Shown here: piece by piece, positions 36,460 through 49,399 of the stretch
How positions within the stretch are numbered: the stretch's first letter is position 1
How the letters are laid out: every line of letters starts with the position of its first letter
Assembly: GCA_032718475.1 (NCBI GenBank)
Contig: JAUCBJ010008755.1
Span: 1-52,982 of the forward strand
DNA: 52,982 nt
Origin: Nemertoderma westbladi
Lineage: Eukaryota > Animalia > Xenacoelomorpha
Direction: 5' to 3'
The notes under the pieces: model-generated
Databases searched by the model: none
Told to the model about the DNA's origin: nothing
What the model saw: the letters and a program-made list of their open reading frames with translations, nothing else
Program-made: the position numbers and the translations under genes

Positions 36460-38253
36460 TGAGTTGGGGCATCATCCAGAGAATATTCCTAGCCTTCAAA
36501 CTCCACCACAAAGTAAAATAAAACTCGAGTTATTAACGTTTAAAGAATCAGCTAATCAGAGGCCGTATCTGGTGACCACAGTATGGTCGCGACCTGGGAC
36601 CCAAACTGGAGCTTCAGAGTACCGTCCAAAACATTTTCGCATAAAATTGTACCGTAAAATATCAAGGCCTGGGCACATTTTCGACGTTTGAAAGTAAGAG
36701 CCAATCAGGTGCCAGATATGGTGACCACGGTCTTGTCTCGACCTGAGACCCAGACTGCAGCTTCAGATTACCGGCCAAAACATATTCACATAATATTATA
36801 TCAAAAAATGTTATTGCCTATAGGCAGGACACCTACCGGTACACGGTCAGTAATGATCATGTCCTGACTGCATGATTTCGGTCTGATGAAATTTTCTGTT
36901 GCATGCATCAGATACCCATCAATGGCCTTTACCCACCTTGATGGTCAAAATCCATTCCGTCAGATAGCCCTGGGTGAGGTATTGAAATAACGCAATTACA
37001 TAGGCCTACAAGCCTACATAGGCAACTTTTAACTGCACCAAACAACCGTAATTTAGGCATTCAGAGTGCGCCCGAACATGGGGAACATTATTGCCAACCT
37101 TGGGCATCTGCCTACAACGTTTTAAATAACTGCCAGAAAGCCTAAAGCGTCCCCTTACATCTGTACATGTCTTAAGAACAGACAAAAGGTACCCGGTACC
37201 GCGGCGCAGTACTGCTGTCTGGCTGTACCGGATGTGGTTGTTCTAGGCAAGCAGTGCATACAGCTCGGACTGACAGTACCGATAGCAGACCCAGAGTACA
37301 CCGGCACTGCAGACTATGATTAGCTACATACAGACAGAGCTAGGTAGTAGCTACCGGCAGACCGGCATAGGTCAGTAGTATGAACACAGTTTTTGGAGCA
37401 TACTACCAACTGACTGACTTTTGCTGAACCAGGCTGACGACTCAGCCGTTTAATTAATTGCAGCGGGATTGGATAATTTATTAATTAATTTGGGGAACTT
37501 TACTAATTAGTAAAATCGTTAATTAGTTTGATTCAAAAGATTTTAGAGTAATTATCATTTGTAAAATAGTAAACCGCTTTGATACACCTTGTGAATAAGG
37601 ATTTGGGGGCGGGGGGGACAAAGCCCCCCCGCCAATTAGGTAATTAAGTAATTAGTTAATTACTAATTAACGGTAGGAGATACGGCATCGGCGCCAGAGA
37701 CTTTTTTGTGTAGAATAAAATTCCAAACAACTTTGTGATGTTACGTTTTTTCATAGCTCTTAGTGTTTTCGAGTTACGACGCTAATTAGTTTTCGGCTAA
37801 TTAGTACTAATTAACAGTAATAGGAGGGCCATAGCGATGACTGAACTTTTTTTAGATCTTACCGAGATGAACAAAAAAAATCACCGTTGCTAGGGGAAAA
37901 ACCAAATACTTTTCGAGAAAAATCAATTAGAAATTTTTAATCGCTAATTACTAATTAATTAATTAACAGATTTTTTCCACAAAAACTCCTAGCTATCGCG
38001 CTAGGGCCATCTACCAGATCGCGCAAACAGAATCGTTCTAGCTTTCGCCGTTCTCCTGGAAAAATCCTTTAAAAATCGACCTAAAAAAGATCAAAGCAAA
38101 GTGCCTACTTCTTGTCAGTTAGCTATATATAGTAAATTATGAGGTTTGAAGTTGGTGTTGATGGTGGGTTCTATGTTCCGTTAAATAGGCTGCAGTATCT
38201 ATACCTAATAATTCTCTGTCGAGCCTTGGGCTCTCCGGTTGCAGCCTAACCAT
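36460..38253 (-). mobile_element. Module D: non-coding element related to modules B (interior) and A (right end); left boundary not found
   Basis: 36466-37290 is homologous to 41754-42520. The right end shares gtgcctactt..tgtca, gttggtgtt, ctctgtcgagcc..gggctc and ccat with A. Confidence 0.55.
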
Positions 38254-39989
38254 CTAGAGTAGAGCGCAAATGAGGACATTTGCGCATGCAAGCATCACTG
38301 CGTGGGGCAATTTAATTAATAGTACTTTTGGTTTTATTGTGTTGTACCAACACAAAAATTGTAAATATGAAGATATGTTATTATCTATACCCATGCATTT
38401 GGAATCATACACAGGCGATGCCTTCAATTATTCAATTCAAAACATTGAAGAAATCTAAGTCGATTTGTAAGGCAGGTTCAAGCATATACATTTATTGTAT
38501 TGGTTAACTCCATTATACAAATCTAACGATTAATACCTCAGAAAACTTCTAACTACATGTAGTACTACTGGACCAGTATATTAGTAATAGCTTCAGTATA
38601 TTAGTAATAGCTTACAGACAGCTATAGCAACACCCACCCACCACCCTTAACATGATTACTTTAATTTCAAATAGACCATGGGTGATTGTTTAATGATGGT
38701 TCACCCAGCCATTTCATGTCTGGGTGAACCAAATGACTTTTGTATACAACCTGACTTCTAAATATCCTTATGTTTTATCACGAATACTATCATCAAAGAT
38801 CTTTGACCTTTTGACCCTTAACATTTAAACTTTTTCCATTTTTTATTTCATCTACCCCCACTAAGTCAACCATTGCGAACATTTTTGCTGCGTTACGTTT
38901 TTTGATAGCTGTACTCCTTATAGGTCAAAAGGTCACCGAAACGCTAAATTCTAGAACATTGACCTCTAGAGGTCAAGCACAGGGTCGCAGCCCAAAACTA
39001 ACGGCACTCTTCAGTAGCAACTCATACACTGCCTACAAAACGGCGTTGGTCCCATGTCCGTAGCTAGAGCCGTTCTCGAGATATTGGGGTGGGGCAATAA
39101 TTAATTATTAATTAATACATAACTAATTAACGCTTACACTTTTTGCATTTTTTATTTTACCTACCCCCACTAAGTCGACCATTGCGAACATTTTTGCTGT
39201 GTTACGTTTTTCGATAGCTGCACTCCTTATAGGTTAAAATGCCTCCGAAACCGAAAATTCTAGAACATTGACCCCTGGAGGTCAAGGACAGGGTCGCAGC
39301 CCAAAACTAACGACACTCTTCAGTAGCAACTCGTATACTGTCTACAAAATGGCGTCGGTCCCATCTTCGTAGCTGCAGCCATTCTCGAGATATCGGGGCG
39401 GGCCATATATTAATTAGTAATTAACGAATATCTCATTAAGGGTTGGTCGTACAGACTTGCCGAGAAGACTTTTATACTCGAAATTCCATTCTCTACAACT
39501 TTGCCAGAGAAAATTTTTTCGTAGCTGCCGCCGTTTTCGAGATACAGCGCTAATGAGATTTCGCTAATTAATAACTCATTAACGGTAATAGATATGGGTT
39601 CGCCGTGACAGGGTTTTTTGTAGAGCTCGTCGAGACCAACAATATCGCCAGTCATTGTTTATATAAAAAGTCTTTTAGTTTTCGAGATATATCGATTAAA
39701 AGTTTTCAATCGTTAATTACTAATTAATTAATTAACAAAATTTTTTGAAAAAAACTCCCAGATCTTAGATATTGGTCCTCTACACGATGCAAAAAACAGA
39801 ACGACCGTAGCTATTTCCCTTCTATGAGATGTGCCTACTTGTCACCCCACTGCATAAGCCTGTAAATATTGAGCAGGATAGGTTGGTGTTATATGTTTTG
39901 TGCTCTCTGTGTTTCGTTCTCTGTGGCGTTTTCTATGGTCTATGAGGTCTCTATCGAGCCCTTTGGGCTCTATCCACGCCTGATCCCAT
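38254..39989 (-). mobile_element. Module A: putative non-autonomous Helitron-like element (1736 bp)
   Basis: Second copy at 45731-47467. The minus strand ends with hairpin GCGCAAATG-tcct-CATTTGCGC, then 6 nt, then CTAG. Internal 309-bp duplication. Confidence 0.6.
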
Positions 39990-42861
39990 CCAGTGGATGG
40001 GCACCAGTTGACCTCTCTGTAGCCGAGAGCACTCCAAAAATATTTTATAACATAAAAATAGTACAAAATGAGCATTGGGGATGCATATTCCAAAACATTA
40101 TACCTGAGAACTTTTAAAAATTTCAATATTGAAAATTATGTTTGGAAATTTAGAAATGATTTCACATGCAAAAATGTTTAATATTTATAGGTATCGGATC
40201 TCCCGATACATAAACATATGTTCATGTATTTTATATTATGAGATAAAGTTTACTAACCTTATGTATCTCTATAATAGTGGTAAATACAGTAGGCCTATAA
40301 TATATAACGTGTACCAGATAGTGTTCATTATTTATCAATATTTTATTATATCCATGTAAATTTTTGATCAAGATAATATATATTTAGTGCAATATGGATT
40401 ACTCCTGATAACTTGCAAACGACAATAAAGCGAAAAAGACATACAACATTTATAATGATACAGTATTTATATATTATTTCATGTCAAATTATTTTTGAAG
40501 TTATATAAAGTTAAATTAGGGCCTACCTATAGTAATCCCACTTAAACTTTAAATTCTTATGTATTTTATAGAGATATCATCAATAAATATATCTTCTTAT
40601 CAATAGGGTTGACGAACAAATGAGATGAACTTCAGTAAATAAATCATCAATATTTAAAAGTCCCTTGTTTTTAATTCATCCTCACCATCACCACCCTTTA
40701 CAACATGACTTTATACCTTTGTCAGCCAATTTAATGATATTACTAATCACATTACTGCCAACAATATGACCACCACTAACCCCCCCCCCCCCCCCCTCCC
40801 CCAGATATATACTGTACTAGCCCGTCCATATCGAGGTGTCAGAAACTGGTCGCTCCAGTCGCGTCGCAAGCGACGCTCCTTCCGCTGAGAGTGACCATGT
40901 CCTTGATATCTTTTGTATTATAATGATTTCCTAGTTTTATCTTTTAACATATAATAAGAACAAAATCCATTAATATCAAATGTTACCATGGATAAATAGC
41001 GACCTGGGGGTGATGTTGTGTGTTTATTCAATTACATAGATAGGGAATATATACTTCTAAAAATAATATAAAATTGAATTCCTCTAAGCTAAATTAGTTT
41101 GCTTTATGATACAGTATTGCGTTTTTATATTCGCCTACATGTAATGATTACTAAACAAAAGCCAAAACTGATATTTTATTATATATAAAAAAATATATAT
41201 ATCAATATTATATAGTTTATCTTTACCTTTACCTTTAGTTTACCTTTATATCAAACATTCCTGGATTAGAGGTCGCCCATGGGTATTTCTGCCTATTAGG
41301 GGGTACAGGGAATACTCCTGAGATGGTTATAAATAATAATTTTGCAAACCAAATGCAACAAATATCGAGATATTGCGATTTTAAATTCGACCAATCAGAA
41401 ACGACCATAACTCCGGAACCGTAATTGCAATATCACTTCGATCTTCATCAACGGGATGGGATCGCACCAGAGAACATTTTAATATTTTATTCGCCGCACC
41501 AAAGTGAATGGATCTCGAGATAAGGAGTCTTTAAAAATTAACCAATCACAGCGCAGCTCTCCTTAAACGGTGGTTCCACCGCGATGGCGTTGTCGGCAAC
41601 GTAACGGGGATGATCCAAGGAACATTCTAAGCTTTTATTCGATGCTCCAAAGTTAATAGATCTCGAGATATCGCGTTTTAAAATTTCGACCAATCACAGG
41701 CCATGTAGCCAAAACCAGTAATCCAACAGCGATGAATCGTCTTCAGTCAGCTAGGGGACGTTCCATAGAATATTCCAAGCCTTTAAACTCCGCCACAAAG
41801 TGAATAAAACTCGAGTTATTAACGTTCAAAGAATCATCCAATCAGAGGCTGTATCTAGTGACCACGGTAAGGTCGCGACCTGGGACCCAAACTGGAGCTT
41901 CAGAGTACTGTCCAAAACATTTTCGCATAAAATTGTACCGTAAAATATCAAGGCCTGGGCACATTTTCGACGTTTGAAAGTAATAGCCAATCAGGTGCCA
42001 GATATGGTGACCACGGTCTTGTCGCGACCTGAGACCCAGACTGCAGCTTCAGATTACCGGCCAAAACATATTCGCATGAAATTATATCAAAAAATGTTAT
42101 TGCCTATAGGCAAGACACCTACCGGTACACGGTCAGTAATGATCATGTCCTGACTGCATGATTTCAGTCTGATCAAATTTTCTGTTGCATGCATCAGATA
42201 CCCATCAATGGCCTCTACCCACCTTGATGGTCAAAATCCATTTCGTCAGATAGCCCCGGGTGCCGGGTGCGATATTGAAGAACGCAATTTGGGCATTTAC
42301 AAATTTGGCCACTTTTTATCTGCTTCAAACAACAGTACTTTAGGCATTCAGACCGCGCCCGCACAGGGGGGGCATTATTGGCGCCCTTGCGCATCTGCCT
42401 AGAACGTTTAAACTACCTGCCAACAGGCCCAAAGCCTCCCCTTAAGAACGGACAACAGGTACCGCAGCGCTGTACAGGTGTACTGGCAGTGTGAGTGGTT
42501 CTAGCATACAGCTCTGACTGACCGATGATTCAAGATTTTGCAATACCTACTGAATCAGCTGTTGTTTATACAGTATCCTAGCAACCAGCTAATAATTTTG
42601 ATTAAATAAATTTATTATAACTTAAATCATTTTTTTTAACTATGATCCCAACGCCGGAAAATACTCAAAATTTTTCCTGCAACTATTTCGAGGGTGGCGA
42701 ATCCGATGGCGAAGACCGCGATGGCTGAAAATTTGCCGTTCTTCAGATCATGAGAATCTCGAAGTGCTGTAGATTGTTCTGCAAGGTGTGGAAGGCGGGG
42801 GTCCCCGTGCCTGTGTACCTCTACAAGGTACCGCTCTGCGAGCTGTGCCTGCCCCATCCAT
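39990..42861 (-). mobile_element. Module B: putative non-autonomous element (2872 bp), copy 1
   Basis: Near-identical tandem copy at 42862-45730. Bounded by CCATCCAG junctions. Internal ~149-bp subrepeats. Confidence 0.6.
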
Positions 42862-45730
42862 CCAGTGGATGGGCACCAGTTGACCTCTCTGTAGCCGAGA
42901 GCACTCCAAAAATATTTTATAACATAAAAATAGTACAAAATGAGCATTGGGGATGCATATTCCAAAACATTATACCTGAGAACTTTTAAAAATTTCAATA
43001 TTGAAAATTATGTTTGGAAATTTAGAAATGATTTCACATGCAAAAATGTTTAATATTTATAGGTATCGGATCTCCCGATACATAAACATATGTTCATGTA
43101 TTTTATATTATGAGATAAAGTTTACTAACCTTATGTATCTCTATAATAGTGGTAAATACAGTAGGCCTATAATATATAACGTGTACCAGATAGTGTTCAT
43201 TATTTATCAATATTTTATTATATCCATGTAAATTTTTGATCAAGATAATATATATTTAGTGCAATATGGATTACTCCTGATAACTTGCAAACGACAATAA
43301 AGCGAAAAAGACATACAACATTTATAATGATACAGTATTTATATATTATTTCATGTCAAATTATTTTTGAAGTTATATAAAGTTAAATTAGGGCCTACCT
43401 ATAGTAATCCCACTTAAACTTTAAATTCTTATGTATTTTATAGAGATATCATCAATAAATATATCTTCTTATCAATAGGGTTGACGAACAAATGAGATGA
43501 ACTTCAGTAAATAAATCATCAATATTTAAAAGTCCCTTGTTTTTAATTCATCCTCACCATCACCACCCTTTACAACATGACTTTATACCTTTGTCAGCCA
43601 ATTTAATGATATTACTAATCACATTACTGCCAACAATATGACCACCACTAACCCCCCCCCCCCCCTCCCCCAGATATATACTGTACTAGCCCGTCCATAT
43701 CGAGGTGTCAGAAACTGGTCGCTCCAGTCGCGTCGCAAGCGACGCTCCTTCCGCTGAGAGTGACCATGTCCTTGATATCTTTTGTATTATAATGATTTCC
43801 TAGTTTTATCTTTTAACATATAATAAGAACAAAATCCATTAATATCAAATGTTACCATGGATAAATAGCGACCTGGGGGTGATGTTGTGTGTTTATTCAA
43901 TTACATAGATAGGGAATATATACTTCTAAAAATAATATAAAATTGAATTCCTCTAAGCTAAATTAGTTTGCTTTATGATACAGTATTGCGTTTTTATATT
44001 CGCCTACATGTAATGATTACTAAACAAAAGCCAAAACTGATATTTTATTATATATAAAAAAATATATATATCAATATTATATAGTTTATCTTTACCTTTA
44101 CCTTTAGTTTACCTTTATATCAAACATTCCTGGATTAGAGGTCGCCCATGGGTATTTCTGCCTATTAGGGGGTACAGGGAATACTCCTGAGATGGTTATA
44201 AATAATAATTTTGCAAACCAAATGCAACAAATATCGAGATATTGCGATTTTAAATTCGACCAATCAGAAACGACCATAACTCCGGAACCGTAATTGCAAT
44301 ATCACTTCGATCTTCATCAACGGGATGGGATCGCTCCAGAGAACATTTTAATATTTTATTCGCCGCACCAAAGTGAATGGATCTCGAGATAAGGAGTCTT
44401 TAAAAATTAACCAATCACAGCGCAGCTCTCCTTAAACGGTGGTTCCACCGCGATGGCGTTGTCGGCAACGTAACGGGGATGATCCAAGGAACATTCTAAG
44501 CTTTTATTCGATGCTCCAAAGTTAATAGATCTCGAGATATCGCGTTTTAAAATTTCGACCAATCACAGGCCATGTAGCCAAAACCAGTAATCCAACAGCG
44601 ATGAATCGTCTTCAGTCAGCTAGGGGACGTTCCATAGAATATTCCAAGCCTTTAAACTCCGCCACAAAGTGAATAAAACTCGAGTTATTAACGTTCAAAG
44701 AATCATCCAATCAGAGGCCGTATCTAGTGACCACGGTAAGGTCGCGACCTGGGACCCAAACTGGAGCTTCAGAGTACTGTCCAAAACATTTTCGCATAAA
44801 ATTGTACCGTAAAATATCAAGGCCTGGGCACATTTTCGACGTTTGAAAGTAATAGCCAATCAGGTGCCAGATATGGTGACCACGGTCTTGTCGCGACCTG
44901 AGACCCAGACTGCAGCTTCAGATTACCGGCCAAAACATATTCGCATGAAATTATATCAAAAAATGTTATTGCCTATAGGCAAGACACCTACCGGTACACG
45001 GTCAGTAATGATCATGTCCTGACTGCATGATTTCAGTCTGATCAAATTTTCTGTTGCATGCATCAGATACCCATCAATGGCCTCTACCCACCTTGATGGT
45101 CAAAATCCATTTCGTCAGATAGCCCCGGGTGCCGGGTGCGATATTGAAGAACGCAATTTGGGCATTTACAAATTTGGCCACTTTTTATCTGCTTCAAACA
45201 ACAGTACTTTAGGCATTCAGACCGCGCCCGCACAGGGGGGGCATTATTGGCGCCCTTGCGCATCTGCCTAGAACGTTTAAACTACCTGCCAACAGGCCCA
45301 AAGCCTCCCCTTAAGAACGGACAACAGGTACCGCAGCGCTGTACAGGTGTACTGGCAGTGTGAGTGGTTCTAGCGTACAGCTCTGACTGACCGATGATTC
45401 AAGATTTTGCAATACCTACTGAATCAGCTGTTGTTTATACAGTATCCTAGCAACCAGCTAATAATTTTGATTAAATAAATTTATTATAACTTAAATCATT
45501 TTTTTTAACTATGATCCCAACGCCGGAAAATACTCAAAATTTTTCCTGCAACTATTTCGAGGGTGGCGAATCCGATGGCGAAGACCGCGATGGCTGAAAA
45601 TTTGCCGTTCTTCAGATCATGAGAATCTCGAAGTGCTGTAGATTGTTCTGCAAGGTGTGGAAGGCGGGGGTCCCCGTGCCTGTGTACCTCTACAAGGTAC
45701 CGCTCTGCGAGCTGTGCCTGCCCCATCCAT
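42862..45730 (-). mobile_element. Module B', copy 2 (2869 bp)
   Basis: By eye it differs from copy 1 only in poly-C length and a few substitutions. Confidence 0.6.
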
Positions 45731-47467
45731 CTAGAGTAGAGCGCAAATGAGGACATTTGCGCATGCAAGCATCACTGCGTGGGGCAATTTAATTAATAGT
45801 ACTTGTGGTATTATTGTGTTGTATCAACACAAACATTGTAGATATGAAGATATGTTATTATCTATACCCATACCTTTGGAATCATACACAGGCGATGCCT
45901 TCAATTATTCAATTCAAAACATTGAAGAAATCTAAGTCGATGTGTAAGGCAGGTTCAAGCATATACATTTATTGTATTGGTTAACTCCATTATACAAATG
46001 AAACGATTATTACCTCAGAAAACTTCTAACTACATGTAGTACTACTGGACCAGTATATTAGTAATAGCTTCAGTATATTAGTAATAGCTTACAGACAGCT
46101 ATAGCAACACCCACCCACCACCCTTAACATGATTACTTTAATTTCAAATAGACCATGGGTGATTGTTTAATGATGGTTCACCCAGCCATTTCATGTCTGG
46201 GTGAACCAAATGACTTTTGTATACAACCTGACTTCCAAATATCCTTATATTTTATCATGAATACTATGATCAAATATCTTTGACCTTTTGACCCTTAACA
46301 TTTAAACTTTTTGCATTTTTTATTTCATCTACCCCCACTAAGTCGACCATTGCGAACATTTTTGCTGTGTTACGTTTTTTGATAGCTGTACTCCTTATAG
46401 GTCAAAAGGTCACCGAAACGCTAAATTCTAGAACATTGACCTCTAGAGGTCAAGCACAGGGTCGCAGCCCAAAACTAACGGCACTCTTCAGTAGCAACTC
46501 ATACACTGCCTACAAAACGGCGTTGGTCCCATGTCCGTAGCTAGAGCCGTTCTCGAGATATTGGGGTGGGGCAATAATGAATTATTAATTAATACATAAC
46601 TAATTAACGCTTACACTTTTTGCATTTTTTATTTTACCTACCCCCACTAAGTCGACCATTGCGAACATTTTTGCTGTGTTACGTTTTTCGATAGCTGCAC
46701 TCCTTATAGGTTAAAATGCCTCCGAAAACGAAAATTCTAGAACATTGACCCCTAGAGGTCAAGGACTGGGTCGCAGCCAAAAACTAACGACACTCTTCAG
46801 TAGCAACTCGTATACTGTCTACAAAATGGCGTCGGTCCCATCTTCGTAGCTGCAGCCAATCTCGAGATATCGGGGCGGGCCATATATTAATTAGTAATTA
46901 ACGAATATCTCATTAAGGGTTGGTCGTGCAGACTTGCCGAGGAAGACTTTTATACTGGAAATTCCATTCTCTACAACTTTGCCAGAGAAAATTTTTTCGT
47001 AGCTGCCGCCGTTTTCGAGATACAGCGCTAATGAGATTTCGTTAATTAATAACTCATTAACGGTAATAGATATGGGTTCGCCGTGACAGGGTTTTTTGTA
47101 GAGCTCGTCTAGACCAACAATTTCGCCAGTCATTGTTTATATAAAAAGTCTTTTAGTTTTCGAGATATATCGATTAAAAGTTTTCAATCGTTAATTACTA
47201 ATTAATTAATTAACAAAATTTTTTGAAAAAAACTCCCAGATCTTAGATATTGGTCCTCTACACGATGCAAAAAACAGAACGACCGCACCTATTGTAGTTC
47301 TCCATAAGAGCCTACTTGTCAACCCCCCTCCTAAGCCTGTAAATAATAATCTGGATAGGTTGGTGTTATATGTTTTGTGCTCTCTGTGTTTCGTTCTCTG
47401 TGGCGTTTTCTATGGTCTATGAAGTTCTCTGTCGAGCCCTATGGGCTCTATCCCCGCCTGATCCCAT
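45731..47467 (-). mobile_element. Module A', copy 2 (1737 bp)
   Basis: Colinear with 38254-39989, with scattered substitutions and the same termini. Confidence 0.6.
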
Positions 47468-48559
47468 CCAGAGATGGTGGAGTATACGCATACTCCACTG
47501 TTGCAAGAATTACTTCATTAATCATGAAGATTACAAATTACTTTAATAAATTATTAAATCTATTAAATATTTCATTATTATTTATGAAAAAAATATCCAA
47601 ATCATGAGAAAATTATAATAAATTGAAATATACAATAAGAAAAATAACTTGAAAATAATTAAATTCTAAACAATTTCATTTTTAAGATACATGGCTTAGT
47701 CTATATAACTTACTTGCGTAATTATATAATCGGACATATACAATAACTGCGCCTGTGTCCTGCTGACACAGGCGCAAGGCCCCCCCCCCCATAATTATTA
47801 ATATGGATAAAGTTAAATGTATGTTTTTTACTAAACTTATTTGTCCAAATTGCTCCATCTCATGATTATTATAAGCTTGGTAGAATCATGCCATTGTTCT
47901 GGTTCGTCTATGTTTGGTAGAATTGTGACATCATCTGATTGGTTTAAGTTTGGTAGAATTGTGTCCTTCTTTGTTGTTTAAATGCAGTAGAATATCACCA
48001 TAGTATTAAGTCTAGTAGAATCATTAAATATATAGTTATAATAAAGTCTTGAAGCCAGGCAAAAAACTTTTAAATTATATTATTATTATAATTTAATAAT
48101 AAATAAAAAAAAAATTAAATAATAATGTGTTTCGTCCGGCATCAGGACTCATCAGCAGTACTGCCATGTACTGGACACCTGGGATCTAGCAAAGGGTGTC
48201 CCGCTTCCGCTAGCGGAGGTCTGGTAGGATGCGGCTACGTCCAGGATGAGGATAGACAATGTACCCAGCAGTCATTTTATAAACATAGCAATGTATGGAT
48301 ATGCGAAATAATGGTTTGTTAACAGAGTGAAAAGCTACAATAACACAGGGCATGCGCATCAGTCATACAGCCAAAGGTTCGAAAACCAAAGGGTTTGTGC
48401 CAAGTAGATCCTTTGAAATTCACTAAATTACATACATTTCACATGTCCATATAATGCTATGTTTATAAAATGCGTGCCAAATACATTGGGTGACCACGAA
48501 GGAAGGGTCCCACAAGGAAGCGGACCAAGGCGAAGGGTCCAAGAAAAGAAAGTCGAATA

Positions 48560-48845
48560 TCGAGTCTTCTTTCTTCTTATCTTATCTCATCTTATCTTAT
48601 CCTATCATATCCTATCCTATCTTATCTTATCTTTATCATATCGTGTCGTGTCGTATCGTATCGTATTGTATCGTATCTTCTTTCTTCTTGCTTCTTTCTT
48701 CTTGCTTCTTTCTTCTTTCTTCTTGCTTCTTTCTTCTTGCTTCTTTCTTCTTTCCAGTCTTATCTTATCCTATCTTGTTTTATCTTATCCTATCTCATCT
48801 TATCTATCTTTATTCTTCAGGCTTCTATCTTTCTTCAGTCTTCAG
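48560..48845. repeat. Compound CT-rich microsatellite
   Basis: (tctta)n, (tcgta)n and (ttct)n blocks. Confidence 0.9.
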
Positions 48846-49399
48846 TCCAAGGGAAGGGACTACGACAAAAAAGGGTTGTGGACATAAGCCCCCATGTGAT
48901 GAATACCAGGTTTTCACTAACAGAATGGTTTAATCAAACCAAAACGTTAAAATAATTAGTATTTGTACAGGTAATAAGATAGAAACGCTATAAAACATTT
49001 AATAAGATTAAATTTGTCAAATACAACTTCTTTATATATAAAATTTCCATAAAATTCAAACCGGAAAGTAGAAATCTGGTATTCTTCACATCGGCAGACA
49101 GACGGATACAGGGAGGCAGGGGTCAAGAAAGAGCAGGGGAAGGCAGGAAATTAAAAAATAATAAACTAATAATATATAATATAACTATAATAAATAGTAA
49201 CAAACTCAAGGATGAAGTCTGCTATACTACTAAAAATACTACTACTATGTCATGCGAGCTCAGACAAAAAGAATTTTATAACCAAATAATATATACTTAT
49301 TAATTAATAATCTACAACCAACCATTTAATGCATAAATGAGTGATAAATATATTTTGTGATATCAGTTTTGGTGGGTCATAAGCTTGTGTTAATGTCAT

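Noticed and set aside
38270-47607. Recurrent small ORFs in modules A and B (e.g. MASTHLDG..., MKIMFGN..., MTGDIVG...)
   Set aside because: They recur only because the DNA is duplicated. They have no recognisable domains, the D homologue of MASTHLDG is interrupted, and some span module junctions.
48459-48955. Hydrophobic membrane-protein-like ORFs
   Set aside because: They are translations of a CT-rich microsatellite
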